Below, in pieces: positions 1-16,009 of a stretch of 64,000 nucleotides of DNA. How positions within the stretch are numbered: the first letter of the stretch is position 1; the number at the start of each line of letters is the position of its first letter. A model generated the notes under the pieces. That model saw nothing but the letters and a program-made list of their open reading frames with translations, was not told the origin of the DNA and searched no databases. The DNA comes from the human T2T-CHM13v2.0 reference genome, Homo sapiens: NCBI RefSeq assembly GCF_009914755.1, contig NC_060925.1; one strand, 5' to 3'. Both the position numbers and the translations under genes were made by a program.

Positions 1-442
1 CCATTTTATTCCTAGTTTGCCGAGAATTTTTATTGTCATAGGATGTTTAATTTGGCCACATCTTTTTCTGCATCTGTTGAAGTAATCAAATTATTTTATC
101 TTATAATCTCTTAATATGATGAATTACATTGGGTTTTATAATGATAAACCAAACAGGGTAGTCTGTATATTGCATTGTAAAGTGAGTGGGTATCAGTCGT
201 GCAGTGACCGTGGTAGCGTGGAGCCAGCCGGATGTGCACTCAAATAAAAAGGTCAGAGCAGAGACGGACGGCGGCCTGAGAGGGCAGCAGATTCGCGCTA
301 ACAGAGCAGGTCAAGCAGGGCCTCCTCGCCTTGCTCTTCCGCTTCAGCATATACGTCTCCAAGCTCAGGAAATGCAGTTACATCAAATGTCTAAATTGGA
401 TGGAAAGAAATTCTGTGTGCTCCCAGGATTCCAGTTCCTTAC

Positions 443-633
443 CGGAGGTTGGTGCCGTCTGAGTCTGAAAAGCTGCCCTCTTGCCGTGTTCATGCTTTGG
501 TAGAACACCTTCAGAGCCTTGGCAAGCTCTCGGTCAGAGCCGGCTTGCTGTGTGCACATTTGGCTCATCTCCCCGGCGGATGGCAGTTGCGCAGTCATCC
601 CGCTGATCTTCAGAGTGTTGGAAGGCTTCGGGG
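443..633 (-). pseudogene. KIF28P: Exon w21 (APKPSNTLKISG...DRELAKALKVFYQSM...RRHQPP)
   Basis: ttttccacctcag acceptor, CCG/GTAAGG donor, 191 nt; the donor implies a further exon beyond position 1. Confidence 0.87.
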
Positions 634-919
634 CTGAGGTGGAAAAAGGTAACATTGATTTATGTATCTCTTTCTCTGGGCATCTCTATATTTATTTTGG
701 TGGCATTCTACTGCATCAGCATTTATCAGGCACCAGTTTGGATCCATCCAAGGGAAAGGGGAAATCTCACAGGGCAGAAGAAATGTCCGGCATTTTTTGT
801 TTATGAAAGAAGATACGAATTAACTCATTTAAAAGTTTGTTTCTTAAAAGACAAATACACATCCCAAATGTAGGAGTCTAGGGATAAGCTAAACAGCCAA
901 GACTGGAGCAGTCTCTCAC

Positions 920-1064
920 CTTGACCAGAAGCAGTTTTCGCAAGTGATGCTTTGAGAAGCACGTTCTCCTCTCTCAGGGCTCTGTTAATGTTCCTGAGCG
1001 GTTCCGTCTCCTGCTCTAGCTTGAGCAGCTTCAGATAAAGTTCTGGTATCTGGTTTGATGCTGC
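920..1064 (-). pseudogene. KIF28P: Exon w20, coiled coil (AASNQIPELYLKLLKLEQE...ALREENVLLKASLAKTASGQ)
   Basis: ttttctggtag acceptor, G/GTGAGA donor, 145 nt open, leucine heptad pattern. Confidence 0.87.
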
Positions 1065-1313
1065 CTACCAGAAAACATGTCAGTTTCGTCTTTTGTTGTA
1101 TCATCTGCATATCCTTTGAGACTGGCAATGTTTGCTACCATGGGAAAATCAAATGGGATGGGAGTGTGTGTATGGTGAGCAGAGTTTAAGCCCCTCAGGG
1201 TACACAGGAGTAAATAAAGAAAACGTTTGTTAAGGGGGAAGGAACGTCAAGCAGCCGTCCTCAGAGATTTTCTAGCCACCTGGGATGCCCACTTTAGTGT
1301 CCTATGTACACAC

Positions 1314-1420
1314 CTGGCTTATATCCTTCACAGTGGAAATTTTCTTGGTGTCTACCAGGATGTGGCCTTCACCTGTGACCATGAGGCCCAGCTGAGAGCA
1401 GCTCAGCTCGGTGCAGCCTT
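1314..1420 (-). pseudogene. KIF28P: Exon w19 (EGCTELSCSQLGLMVTGEGHILVDTKKISTVKDISQ)
   Basis: cccattacag acceptor, CAG/GTGTGT donor, 107 nt, phases fit. Confidence 0.85.
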
Positions 1421-1653
1421 CTGTAATGGGGAGAGACACAGTCAAAGAAAGAAACATCCCAGTCGCCCAGCTCCAGTGTCAGGTGAGAAGTTGTTAAAGC
1501 ATGTAACCACCCTGCTGGATGAGAACCCAGAGGCCCAGGGGAAAAGATGGCTCTGGCCCACCGCTGTTAGGACGCTGACTGCCTCGCTCCTCTACCCCTT
1601 CTGCAGCCCTGAATGTATGGCATGTCTGATGAAAGAATAAGTAAGCAAGGTAC

Positions 1654-1820
1654 CTTGAAGGCCCCATAGGTCAACAATAAGGGCATTTGTCCGCAAATAA
1701 TTCAGAAACTCCTGAGATGCAGTTAAGGCTGCAAATTGGACAGTCTCTTCAATTTGTGGATTCACACTTTTCCATACAGGTTTGGTATAGATAGTGTTTG
1801 GAAGGTCATAAATTCTGTAC
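1654..1820 (-). pseudogene. KIF28P: Exon w18 (YRIYDLPNTIYTKPVWK...EFLNYLRTNALIVDLWGLQ)
   Basis: tttttctcag acceptor, G/GTACCT donor, 167 nt; EFxxYL motif. Confidence 0.9.
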
Positions 1821-2016
1821 CTGAGAAAAACATAAAACATAATTTAAAACCAGAAGGGACACATTTGTAAAGAAAAGGGACAGATGAGCCAAAGATTTAC
1901 AGCGCATGTGTCAGATAAAAGATGACCTATGATTGATTGTCATGTTTATCACCTCCAACATCTTACTCAACAGGGATATCATCACTAGATAAATAATAAT
2001 TTTTTTAAAAAGCTCA

Positions 2017-2305
2017 GGCTGGGCGCAATGGCTCATGCCTGTAATCTCAGCATTTTGGGAGGCTGAGGCAGGCAGATTGCTTGAGCCCAGGAATTTGACA
2101 CCAGCCTGGGCAACATGGCAAAACACCATCTCTGTAAAAAATACAAAAATTAGGTGGGTGTTATGGTGCATGCCTGTAGTTCCAGCTACTCAGGAGGCTG
2201 AGCCCAGGAGGCAGGGGTTGCAGTAAGGTGAGATCGCTCCACTCCACTGCACTCCAGCCTGGGCGACAGAGCGAGACTCTGTCTCAAAAACAAAAAACAA
2301 ACAAA
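2017..2305 (+). mobile_element. Alu (J/S)
   Basis: ggctgggcgcaatggctcatgcctgtaat...A-rich tail. Confidence 0.9.
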
Positions 2306-2408
2306 ATGGATTTCAATAAATCCCTTCTACTCAGATAATCAAAAATGGTTAATTTTCTATGTGAGGCGGTGATTTGGTTTTCGTTCTTCAAAGTCTCTAT
2401 TGCCTTAT

Positions 2409-2708
<300 letters not shown>

Positions 2709-2936
2709 TGCCTTATCTTTCAATATCCTTTTAGCCTAATTTGTTTAAGCATATCTGGTGCTTCTGCCATATCATAATACAGTCCTTTTGTTTCCAACTA
2801 AAACCTAAAAACTGTTTTGCTTAGATAACATGGTTTTACTGGATATTCTTTCTGATAATTAGAATTTCTGCTTCAGTTCTGTAAAGAGTTCAGTACACAC
2901 TGACCACAGGCCAGAGACCTGGAGGGACATGTGGCC

Positions 2937-3076
2937 CCTCTATTAAATAGTTGGGAAATAGTCATCTCAAAGTTAGAGAAACTATGAGGGAAAATAGTCA
3001 TCTTAAAGTTAAACAGAGAAAGTTCCTCTATTAAATAGAGGAGGAAATAGTCATCTTAAAGTTAAACAGAGAAACT
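2937..3076. repeat. Short local triplication (gaaatagtcatcttaaagtta(aac)agagaaa)
   Basis: Three near-identical copies; cctctattaaatag occurs twice. Confidence 0.8.
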
Positions 3077-3192
3077 TAAGAAAACTTTATGATAAGCTCA
3101 TTTTTAAAACTTGAAGAAAGACTGGACTGCCCCCCACAGGGTCCACACGGCAGGTGGCGTGTGTGGCTCTGTTCCGCGGTGCAGGCTGGTAC

Positions 3193-3327
3193 CCTATCTG
3201 AGTGCCCCGCTTTGCATCTTCCTTCATCCAGTTGACGCCAAGGCACCGGACAATGTGAATCTGAAAATCCATCCTCTTGCCCAGCAGCTCCAAAGGGTCA
3301 ATAACCACATCCTCCTCGCCATGCGTT
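3193..3327 (-). pseudogene. KIF28P: Exon w17 (THGEEDVVIDPLELLGKRMDFQIHI...GTQIG)
   Basis: ctgtttgtag acceptor, GG/GTACCA donor, 135 nt. Confidence 0.88.
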
Positions 3328-4674
3328 CTACAAACAGAAGAGGTCAACATTGACCTCGGGTTAGGCTGGGTCCAAGCAAGTTAAGATTGTGATGTTAAGG
3401 GGGTTAAATAGAATCCTTAAGAGAGAGCTAATTTCACTGTAGACAGGATCAGTAGAGTTCATTCATGCATTCAAGAGACATGTTGAACAAGAGCCCGTTA
3501 CCCTGGCACGTCAAAGTAAGATCAGGCCTTCTCAAGGATCTCCCTGCCTGGAGGAAAAAGGAAGATAAACAGCGTCATGCAATGGATGCACACAGATGTG
3601 GATGCTAAACTTGCATTGAAGATTTAGGCAGGTCCCCAGTGGAACAGAGTGGGAAAGCAGCGGCTGCCCAGATGCAGCCTCTCAGGTTGTCATTTTCCTT
3701 TTCCTTTGTTTCTTTATAGTCTAGAGAGAACCCCGTTTCTGCAAGCTCAGAAACGGACTCGGACAGCTTTCCAACAAGGGACTGCTGTCCTATCAACCAG
3801 GCTCACAAAGTCTGAAACCTTTCAAATTAAATTCATTAATTTGCAACAAGAAATACAACTTGCTGGGCAGCCCAGAAGCTCGAGGTAGCCAAGTGATCAG
3901 AGTAAAGGCAGTGAGTTGTTGGGCAGCTTGGTTTCTTGGTCACGGAACGTTGAGGTTCCCTTCTTGAGCTGATTCTTCAGAAAGATGGAAAGGTTGCACT
4001 GAGTGCCTTGGCACCCAGACCAGGCCACCGCCAGCCTCTTGGCTTAGGGTTGCTAAAAGACTTTTGCTTTGTAAAAACTGCCTGTGACAGATGAGTATCC
4101 AGAGAGGACAGTTGAGGGTAACGAGGCAACGTTTAGGACAGAGCCAATAGCTCAAAACAAAGCCTGTGCCCACAGAAAGGTCAGGTGACAGCACAGAATG
4201 AGGTCAGGCTTCACCGTCCTTACCTCGAGAAAAGGGCTGAGCTGGAAAATCAGCTTCTGCTTCTGGCTCTTGAAGCAGGTTGGGCCCTCAGCATGGGAAA
4301 GCGTCCCACGCGGCACATGCCAGGCCCACAGGGCCAGGAGGGGAGTGTGGCTGGGGAGGCGCTGCAACCCACTTGGCTTCTCTCCTGAGGGTCCATTGTT
4401 TGGAACCCACCCAGCTCTTTCGGTTTTGTCCAAGGTTCCTTCCACTATACCTGCCTCTGCCAGATGTCCTCCTCATTCCTCAGGTCCCCCAGGGGACAGC
4501 AAAAATCACATTCGTTGAGGCCAAATGGTGAATGAATGAGCTCTTTCATTTGTCTTATGAATGACCTGTTCAGGGTACCAAGTTGACCACCCCGTCAGGA
4601 GAACTCAGGCCTGCTCTGGATTTTATGTGTGTGACTGACCCAGAAGTAGGCAGGGGGGAGAAGGAGACACTCAC

Positions 4675-4949
4675 TGTCCTGTTGGGGAGCAGGGTGCTAT
4701 GCAGGTATGCAGCACCGCCTCCTCCAGCCCATCACAGTTCAGAAACTCCACTTGCTCCTCCAGCTTCATGCAGTAGGCCAGCGACTGGAGCCAGATGTGA
4801 GCTGAGCCCAAGCGGACGACCTCGACAGGATCCCAGAAAGGGTCGTCATCTCGAGCCACAGGGCCGTGATCTCCATCTAGAAAGCGCTGGTAAAGTTCCT
4901 GCATTAGGAATTTCCTATTGATGAACTTGGCTTTTGACCATATCCACAC
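4675..4949 (-). pseudogene. KIF28P: Exon w16 (VWIWSKAKFINRKFLMQELYQ...DDDPFWDP...CSPTG)
   Basis: tgtttccag acceptor, CA/GTGAGT donor, 275 nt open; WSxxKFxNRxxxMxExY and DPFxD motifs of KIF1/KIF13. Confidence 0.93.
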
Positions 4950-5222
4950 CTGGAAACACAGAGGTAGGTCACCAGTATTTGATTCATCTGCTGCTCTCAC
5001 AATTCATCACTCTGATTTTCCCAGCATGCTCCCTTCATTGACTGGGTTTGCGGTACGCATGACCACATCCCACTTTCTCCACACCTAGCTTTGCTGACAT
5101 CAAGAATATCGTATTAATTCCTGGACCTGTTACTTCCCCATTGCTTGAGCCTAGGAAACGATTTAGAGGAGATGATGAAGGGGTTAGAAAACAGATCCTC
5201 TCAGGGGAGAAGGTTTGGGGCT

Positions 5223-5680
5223 TATGGTGTCAGAATGGTCCTCAAAGATGCCCATGTGCTAATCCCCAGAACCTGTGAATATATTACTTTGCATGGCAAA
5301 CGGAAATTAAGGTTTGTCATCAACTGACCTTAAAATACGGAGATTAGCCTGGAGTATCCAGGTGGCCCCAATGAAATCACAAGGGTCTTCAATATGGCCG
5401 AGAGAAGCAGAAGAGAGGGTCAGAGATAGGATAATGCCTGCGGGGTCAGAGAGAGGTTATGTGGCGGCTTTGAAGATGGAGGGAGGTGGCCTCTAAAAGC
5501 TGGAAGGGGCCGGGAAACAGATTCTCTTCCTCAGGCCCAGAAAGCAGTACCGCTCTGTCGACACCCTGCTTTTAGCCCAATGAGACCCAATTTGGACTTC
5601 TCACGTGTAGAACGATAAGGTAGTAAGTTTGGGTCATTTAATGAGCCTGGTCATTCATGAACAGCAGCCATGGAAGATGA
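5223..5680 (+). mobile_element. MLT1-type MaLR LTR (MLT1D-like)
   Basis: ctaatccccagaacctgtgaatat...gagattagcctggagtatccaggtggccccaatgaaatcacaagggtcttc. Confidence 0.75.
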
Positions 5681-6236
5681 TGCGGGGGTAGTTAGTCTGG
5701 AGAAGAGCTGAGAAGTGGCTCCCCCGCCATGACTGGAGTGCACACGGGCACACATCCACAAGCACAGGAGACACTCCCCACAGCCTTCCCAGCCCAGCAT
5801 GGCAGGCATTCTGAGCTCCATTCTGTAGAGACCCAAGCAGGCGTCCTTCCTTGTTCAGGGGTCCACACCCAGTGCACAGCAGATCCAGGACAACAGCCTG
5901 CCGCTGTCTTCCTCCTCACTGGGTGAGGACAGGGCCTCTGTCAGCACTGGCTCTGGAGAGGAAACAAACCTGAAGCCACAGGAGGAGGGATTCCAGAGGG
6001 ATTCCAGGTAGGTCGTTTTTAGACCATAAATATCAGGTAAAACTAGCAACTCCTTTTCTGAGCAACTGGAAAAGCAAAAGCAAAAATCAGCAGACAAGTC
6101 GTTCCATGTATGATGTCTCTTCATAAAAAGGACATTCTCAGGACTCTGAAAACAGATTCCATCTTTGTTGGCCTCAAAGTGAAGAACCGTAGTGCTCTCC
6201 TAGAGGCGGCACCACCATTAAATAAGAATGTGGGGG

Positions 6237-6527
6237 GGCGGGCGCGGTGGCTCACGGCTGTAATCCCAGCACTGTGGGAGGCCGAGGCGGGCGGATCACG
6301 AGGTCAGGAGATCGAGACCAGCCTGGCTAACAGTGAAACCCCGTCTCTACCAAAAATACAAAAAATTAGCCGGGAGTGCTGGCGGGCACCTGTAGTCCCA
6401 GCTACTTGGGAGGCTGAGGCAGGAGAACGCTTTAACCCAGGAGATGGAGCTTGCAGGGAGCCAAGATCGCGCCACTGCACTCCAGCCTGGGTGACAGAGC
6501 AAGACTCCATCTCAAAAAAAAAAAAAA
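6237..6527 (+). mobile_element. AluY/Sc-like
   Basis: ggatcacgaggtcaggagatcgagacc. Confidence 0.9.
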
Positions 6528-6584
6528 TATGGGGGCAGCAGGGAACAACAGGAGTTCTAGTCATTGTGGTTTTTCTGTTTGTGT

Positions 6585-6742
6585 TTTTCTTTTCTTTTTA
6601 AGACATGTGATCTTGCTGTGTCACCCAGGCTGGAATGCAGTGGCTCAATCTTAGCTCACTGCAGCCTTGAACTCCTGGGCTCAGGCGGGCCTCCTGCTTC
6701 AGCCTCTGAGTAGCTGGACTGCAGGCGTGCGCCTGCACCGGC
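6585..6742 (-). mobile_element. Partial AluJ
   Basis: Reverse right arm. Confidence 0.8.
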
Positions 6743-7321
6743 TTATTCTGTTTTTTTCTTAAAGACTTTAGGGAACTAAGATCATGGGAATCTAAATAAT
6801 AAATGAATTCACTGCCTCATTACCTCTGGATATCAGACCACAGGCCTGGTGTCAGTTAAAATTGCATGTCATCCTTGGCCTGAGGAGGAAACAGGTCGGC
6901 GAGGCTCCAGGATAGGCTGCGAGCCCATGCTGACTCCCGCCTGCTCCCGGGTGGGCTCTGCAGGCCTGGCTCAGAGTTCCCTGGCAGGATGTGCTGCTCA
7001 CCAGAGCCAACAGCTGTTGGGTGAATACTGCTGAAAGGTAACCGCAAGCTGGCAGCATTTCCAGGTCAAAAAACCCTCCCCAACCCTCACACAGCCCTGG
7101 TTTGCTCGTGAGCTTGTCTATGATATGTGACTCCCAACAGCTGCACAACACTGCGTCCTCCCTGAGAGCTGCAGCAGCAGTCACCGTCCACACGGTCAGC
7201 AGGGAGGATAGGTAAACACATACAAGATCAACCGCAAAGTAGCATTCGTGTTTCTAGCTGGGACCCACAGCTGTCTCTGCTGCTCTTCTAGTCTTCGGAA
7301 GTGCCTGTCTCACATGCACTG

Positions 7322-8138
7322 CCAACATCTACACACCCTGTCACAAGAGACCCCCAGACCACAGCCTTCCAGACGTCTCCATCTACACACCCTGTCACAA
7401 GAGACCCCCAGACCACAGCCTTCCAGAAGCCTCCATCTACACACCGTGTCACAAGAGAGACCCCCAGGCCACAGCCTTCCAGAAGCCTCCATCTACACAC
7501 CGTGTCACAAGAGACCCCCAGACCACAGCCTTCCAGAAGCCTCCATCTACACACCGTGTCACAAGAGACCCCCAGACCACAGCCTTCCAGAAGCCTCCAT
7601 CTACACACCGTGTCACAAGAGACCCCCAGACCACAGCCTTCCAGAAGCCTCCATCTACACACCGTGTCACAAGAGACCCCCAGACCACAGCCTTCCAGAA
7701 GCCTCCATCTACACACCGTGTCACAAGAGACCCCCAGACCACAGCCTTCCAGAAGCCTCCATCTACACACCGTGTCACAAGAGACCCCCAGACCACAGCC
7801 TTCCAGAAGCCTCCATCTACACACCGTGTCACAAGAGACCCCCAGACCACAGCCTTCCAGAAGCCTCCATCTACACACCGTGTCACAAGAGACCCTCACA
7901 CTACAGCCTTCCAGAAGCCTCCATCTACATACCATGTCACAGGAGACCCTCAGACCGCAGCCTTCCAGAAGCCTCCATCTACACACCATGTCACAAGAGA
8001 CCCTCAGACTACAGCCTTCCAGAAGCCTCCATCTACATACCATGTCACAAGAGACCCTCAGACTACAGCCTTCCAGAAGCCTCCATCTACATACCATGTC
8101 ACAGGAGACTCTCAGGCTGCAGCCTCCCAGAAGCCTCC
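7322..8138. repeat. 54-bp minisatellite, about 15 copies
   Basis: Unit cctccatctacacaccgtgtcacaagagacccccagaccacagccttccagaag; 18-aa periodicity in the ORF track. Confidence 0.97.
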
Positions 8139-8187
8139 TGAGGAAAGCAGGGCTTCATCTGAAGACAGGTCACTGGCACTAAGCTTA

Positions 8188-8480
8188 CTTGTTTTTTTGA
8201 GACAGGGTCTCTGTCTGTCGCCCAGGCTGGAGAATAGTGGTGTGATCACGGCTCACTGTAGCCTCGACCTCCTCAGGCTCAGGTGATTCTCCTACCTCAG
8301 CCTCCCCAGTAGCAGGGACTACAGGTGCTCACCACCATACTCAGCTAATTTTGTATTTTTTGTAGAGACGGGGTTTCACCATGTTGCCCAAGCTGGTCTC
8401 AAACTCCTGAGCTCAAGCCATCCACCCACCTCGGCCTCCCCAAATCCTGGGATTACAGATGCGAACTACCGTGCTGGGCC
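8188..8480 (-). mobile_element. AluJ
   Basis: Reverse Alu dimer. Confidence 0.9.
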
Positions 8481-10130
8481 TAATCTTACTGTTTTAATGT
8501 AAAAATGGACAGTCTTGAGGAAGACAGATTGGTAAGATTCATATCTTCATGAGAAAAAAAATAGAAAAAAAAAAAAACAAACTATACGACCCCCTTAAAA
8601 GAGAACCTGGTATGTTTAAGCAGAAGCAGTCCTATCAGACAGCTACCTGTCCCAGTGACAGGATGCTGGGCTGAAGGAAAATGAGGGCATGAATCCAGGC
8701 CCTCAGCCCTCCCATACAATTCTCCCAATGATAAGTGTGAGAACACCGTCTCCTGTTCTGTTTCTGGTAATGACAGGCAGGTGCTCATGAGTGTCTTCGT
8801 GTGCACTCAATAACCCTTCTGTTAGCAACAGTTTAAAAGGCTATTTTTCGAACTACCTTGGACTATAATACAAAATAGAATAGCATGGAAAATGGTTTTT
8901 TAGAATTACAAATTTTCTTAAAACAAGGTCTGACAAGACAGGAAACTGCCAAGCCAAATTCTAGGGGAAAGCCTGGCCCGAAAGAGGCACGTGGAATATC
9001 GGGGCACCAGAGCCACTTTGCCCCAGTGGCCTTTGCTGGAAAAAAAAGAAAAATGCAAAGTACAAACACACTGAGGGGTCCCCTCCAAGGCCTCACGGAA
9101 CATGGCAGAGAAGTCCATGCTGACTCCCTAGGGTGAGGGTCTCACGGGAGACCCTGTCTGCATCACACAGACCTGCAGGAAAGGGGCCGGTCTCTGAGGA
9201 GCTGGGCTCCAGGAGGATCCTTGCTTGGTTTCCTCCCTGGGGCAGCATCTTGGCAGCCCCAGCACCTGGAGGGCGAAACCCCGTGGACGGGGTGGTGGAT
9301 GCAGTGCACAGGTGCTGACCACATGGGACGCACACACATGCTTATAGTCTTAGCTCATTTCACAATTTTTAAAAGCTTTACAAAAATCGGTCTCGGCCCA
9401 GAACATTTTGGCAATTTTCGGGCGATGAGCAGATGAGCAGAAAAGTGAAACTCAGAGAAGCTTCAATTGCTGAGCAGGGAGGGAGCAGCCCGGGGTGGGG
9501 GCCGGAGGCGCAGTCTGGAAAGGCAACGGGTGAGTGTGCTGGAGCCGGAAGCCTGAGGGCTGCTCCTCCAGGGGCCTGATATGCACAAGGGGTGCTGCAA
9601 GATGGGCCTGCATTTCTGTTTCCTCCTTTGGAGGCAGAGGGAGAGGAAACAGGGTCTTAAGTTTCTAAAATGGAATTTCCTGATAGTAAGGTCCAGCCAG
9701 TGGAGTTGGTGAAACAGCCTTTTCTGGAGTCCCTAGGAGGATTGCTTTTCTCATTGCTGCAGAAAGGCAGTCTGTGTTCTCACGGGCACATGTACACACA
9801 AACACACACTTGCACACACACACACGCACCTACGTGCATGGACAGACACCACTACCACTTGTATAAACTCCCAGGCTCCCTTCTGGTACAAAAGCCTTTG
9901 AGTCATACTCAGCATGAACAGATGCTCAGTGCAGGCTAGCTTAGGAACGCTCCCAGGAGCTGGTGCTGTGAGGGAGGGTGCAGGACAGGGAATGGCTGGT
10001 GCTGGGAGGGAGGACCCAGGACAGGGAACGGGAGAGTGGATCCCCCTGTTCCCCAGAGCTCCAGCTCATACTTGGAATACGTTTTGCCCTTGACTGGGTC
10101 TCCGGAGGCTGCAGCTGGTAAAGATAACCT

Positions 10131-12062
<1,932 letters not shown>

Positions 12063-12601
12063 TCCTACATTCACAGCTCATACCACCTTTGCAATTTATT
12101 TTTCATTCTCCCACCCTCGGGCTTCCTAAATGATGAATGAATAAGACTTTCTCTAAGATGTCCCACTCTTGCCCCTTGGATTTCCCACTAAGAGGAAAGA
12201 CAGAGCACCAGATTTTCTCCATTATATCCTGGAACTAACACTTGGAGTCCCTACCAAATTGATTAAATCTCTTACAAGGTTCCGGCCGATGGGAGCTCAC
12301 GTCTCCAGGGAGCTGTCCCCAGCCCAGGTGGTCTGTGTGGCACAGCAGCCATCAGGGTGCCTAGACCCGGAGAGGCCCCAGGACCATCTGGGAGGGCCTG
12401 CTCATGGCCAGCAAGAGTTGGTCTGGGATCCCGGTGGCCCTGGTAGGCTGTTGGTGAAAGGAATGGTACTCGGGCCTGGGCTGGGCAGTCTGGCTTCTGT
12501 CGCTAGTTCCCTGAGAGTCCCTGGGAACGCACCCCTGCCCCACAAGGCCTTGAGGTCCTTTCTGCACCTGGCACACCAGCTCCTGGCTCCAGCTAACTTA
12601 C

Positions 12602-12719
12602 CTTCTTTGGCTCTTCACTCATTTGATTTGCTTCTGAACCAGCGGCATCAGTTTGATGTAGTCCTGGAACGCAGCCAGGACACTGGGGCCCGCCTTGCCG
12701 TCTCCACCGTCCGCAGCAC
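12602..12719 (-). pseudogene. KIF28P: Exon w14 ([38 protein letters not shown]) with 1-bp deletion
   Basis: ttgttgccag acceptor, AAG/GTAAGT donor; 118 nt where flanking phases require 119; EANxxSxE motif in shifted frame. Confidence 0.88.
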
Positions 12720-12773
12720 CTGGCAACAATCACAGTGGAGGCGAAAGTCAGTCACTTGTTCCGCCATGAAGAA

Positions 12774-13389
<616 letters not shown>

Positions 13390-14054
13390 TGAATAAATGT
13401 GTATGCTTATTTGTTCATTCATTTGTTCAGCTGTTCATCAAATATCTACATTTTAAAATTACAAGCATGTAATTTAAAAACAAACAAGGGAAAATGACAC
13501 TGCCTGGCTTCTCCTTACGTGGTTGCTTATCTCGACCCATGAATCCTGGCCGCAGGCAGGAGGTCCTCTGCCCCCAGTTCCCATTCTTGGTCTCAGGGTC
13601 CTTGACCCAAGGTGGCTCCAGACTGGAGGAGGGTGGGGCGAGGTGAAACATGGCTGGCTAGACGGAAGGCCTGGAGGTATCCTCAAGCTGCTGCTGGCAC
13701 AGCAAGTGACCTGTGCTTCTCTTATACTTGGGGTGGCTTGAAGGAGGGGCTCGTGGAGATTATGGGAGGATCAATCTCCCTCCCAAACCCAGGCTGGTAC
13801 TGCCTCTAATCAGGAAATCTCAACTCTTAGAGACCCCTGGCCTGTGGGTGCACACAGTGCCCTTGGCCCTGAGGTCTGACCCCAAACTGCTCACACAGCT
13901 GCTGCCTTGTTGGGGACCCAAGTCTTCCCTAGGGTCCGAGCCAGGGTCTGGGGCTGGTTCAGCTTCATGGCGCCACCAGGGCCACAGGGGCAGTGGCACG
14001 GTCAACCTCTGAGGACAGGTCAATGAACAGATGGCTTTTCCGGGCCTGGTATGA

Positions 14055-14380
<326 letters not shown>

Positions 14381-14539
14381 TTGTTCATTTTTAAAAGTCG
14401 AAAACTTCAGCAGAAGAAGAGCAAGGAGGTGAATTTCTAATCGATTTATTTTGCTGAAATTCTGAGAGAAACACTGTGGTGTGGGGACAGGGAGGAGCTC
14501 TTGCACACACACAGGTGGATCTGCCCACTTTCCACCAGC

Positions 14540-14930
14540 GGTTTCATTACTGCGAGTTCAGGCAGAGTCCCGGTGCCGAGCAAAGCGTGGGGCCCCTCCG
14601 GGAAGCCCGCAGGTCACTCAGATCGCAGCGGGCTCCGGCCTGGCCTGGATTCTGGGGGAGCCGCCCGGAGCGCGGTGAATCGGGGCGGGGAGAGGGGCGG
14701 GGAAGGCGCGCGAAAGCCCCAGCAGAGACCGGCAGCGGCGGGCGGCCCGCGTGGGCTACTGCTGGGGGCTGCGTTCGGGCGAGGAGGGGAGATTCTGTCT
14801 CAGAGGCCTCGGGCTGCACGTTCTTCCGGGCCGCGCATTTGCAGCCCACAGCAGGCCCCAGCCGGCCCCTCTGGAGTTGGGCCACTGCTTCTGCAGGCCC
14901 AGCAGGCCCCTGGGGGCGGCCGGAGGCCAC
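14540..14930. promoter_or_regulatory. Intronic CpG island-like region with two GC boxes
   Basis: Non-Alu, very GC- and CpG-rich stretch; GGGGCGGGG at 14682-14690 and 14694-14702. Confidence 0.7.
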
Positions 14931-15212
14931 TAACTGGCTTCTCCAGCTCAGCATTCTTCTCTCATTTGCTGGGTACCCCACTCTCTTCTCTACCCCTTTG
15001 AACCATCTTTACCCTCATTCCTCAGGGAACGTTTAACGAGTTGAATGTTTACCATGTAGTCACTCTATATGGAAATCATAATTCAATTTTGTAAACATCA
15101 GACTTTGACAAAACAAATGATGATTTTCTTAAGGAAAGCAGAGAGACACAGTGTGAAATCGCTGCTCTCAGATCAGCACACGGGAGAGGCCAGCAGTCAG
15201 GAGGGGGCTCAC

Positions 15213-15357
15213 CGAGTTTGTCTGCACTCGCTCCCTCCGCAGCCGCCCTCTCCAGCTGGAAGAAGTCGTAATCGAACCTGCTCAGGTCCTCACTGCCCCA
15301 CTCCGAAGGAAACCCCACGTACAGGTAGGTGCTGTTGGATCCCAAAATCAGGCGGTC
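15213..15357 (-). pseudogene. KIF28P: Exon w13 (DRLILGSNSTYLYVGFP...FDYDFFQLE...DKLG)
   Basis: ctcctccccag acceptor, G/GTGAGC donor, 145 nt. Confidence 0.9.
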
Positions 15358-16009
15358 CTGGGGAGGAGACGGTGGGCTCAGGAGGGGTTCGAGGCCAAGG
15401 AGGGTGAGGTGAACCTCCCCAGTGAGAAGGATCTGAGGAATGTCCTCCCCTCAGGAATCCCCCAGACAGGGAGAGACGCAGACAGGAGGGAGGTGGCCTC
15501 TGGCTCCTGCGTTCACCTTCATTGCACACATTGAGGGCGTGACTCCCTTGGCCCTGGGGTTCTGTGGGGACCACCCAGAGCCAGGCCCTCCCTCCACGCT
15601 TTCCAGGCTGGTCTGGGTGAGTGCAGCCATGGCTGCAGGGGACACCAGGACCTAACTCAGACTACAGGCTACAGACGGCCTTTTCCGAGGCGTGATGCCC
15701 AAGCTAAGCCCTCCTGGGCGGTAAGTCTTGGTGAGGCAGAGACGGCTGCTGAACAACCAAAAGAAGGGCAGTGTGGCCAGGGACAGGAGGCCGAGGGAGG
15801 TCACTGAGGGGGCTTTCCAAATGGGGAGCGGCCAATCCCCATCTGCCTGTCCTGTCTGAAAGGCTGTGGCCACCAGGGAGGGGAGAGGGCTGCTGGGAAG
15901 CTGGCAGGGGCCCCAGGGTTGGCAGATTGGGGAGGAAGAGGCAGCGATGTTTGCAAGATGCTGTTCAACCCCTCTCAGTGACAGGCTCTTAGAAAAATCT
16001 AAAATGGCA

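Noticed and set aside
7248-8182. ORFs of 269-297 aa with Cys/His periodicity resembling zinc fingers
   Set aside because: 54-bp VNTR with no C2H2 spacing; open on both strands.
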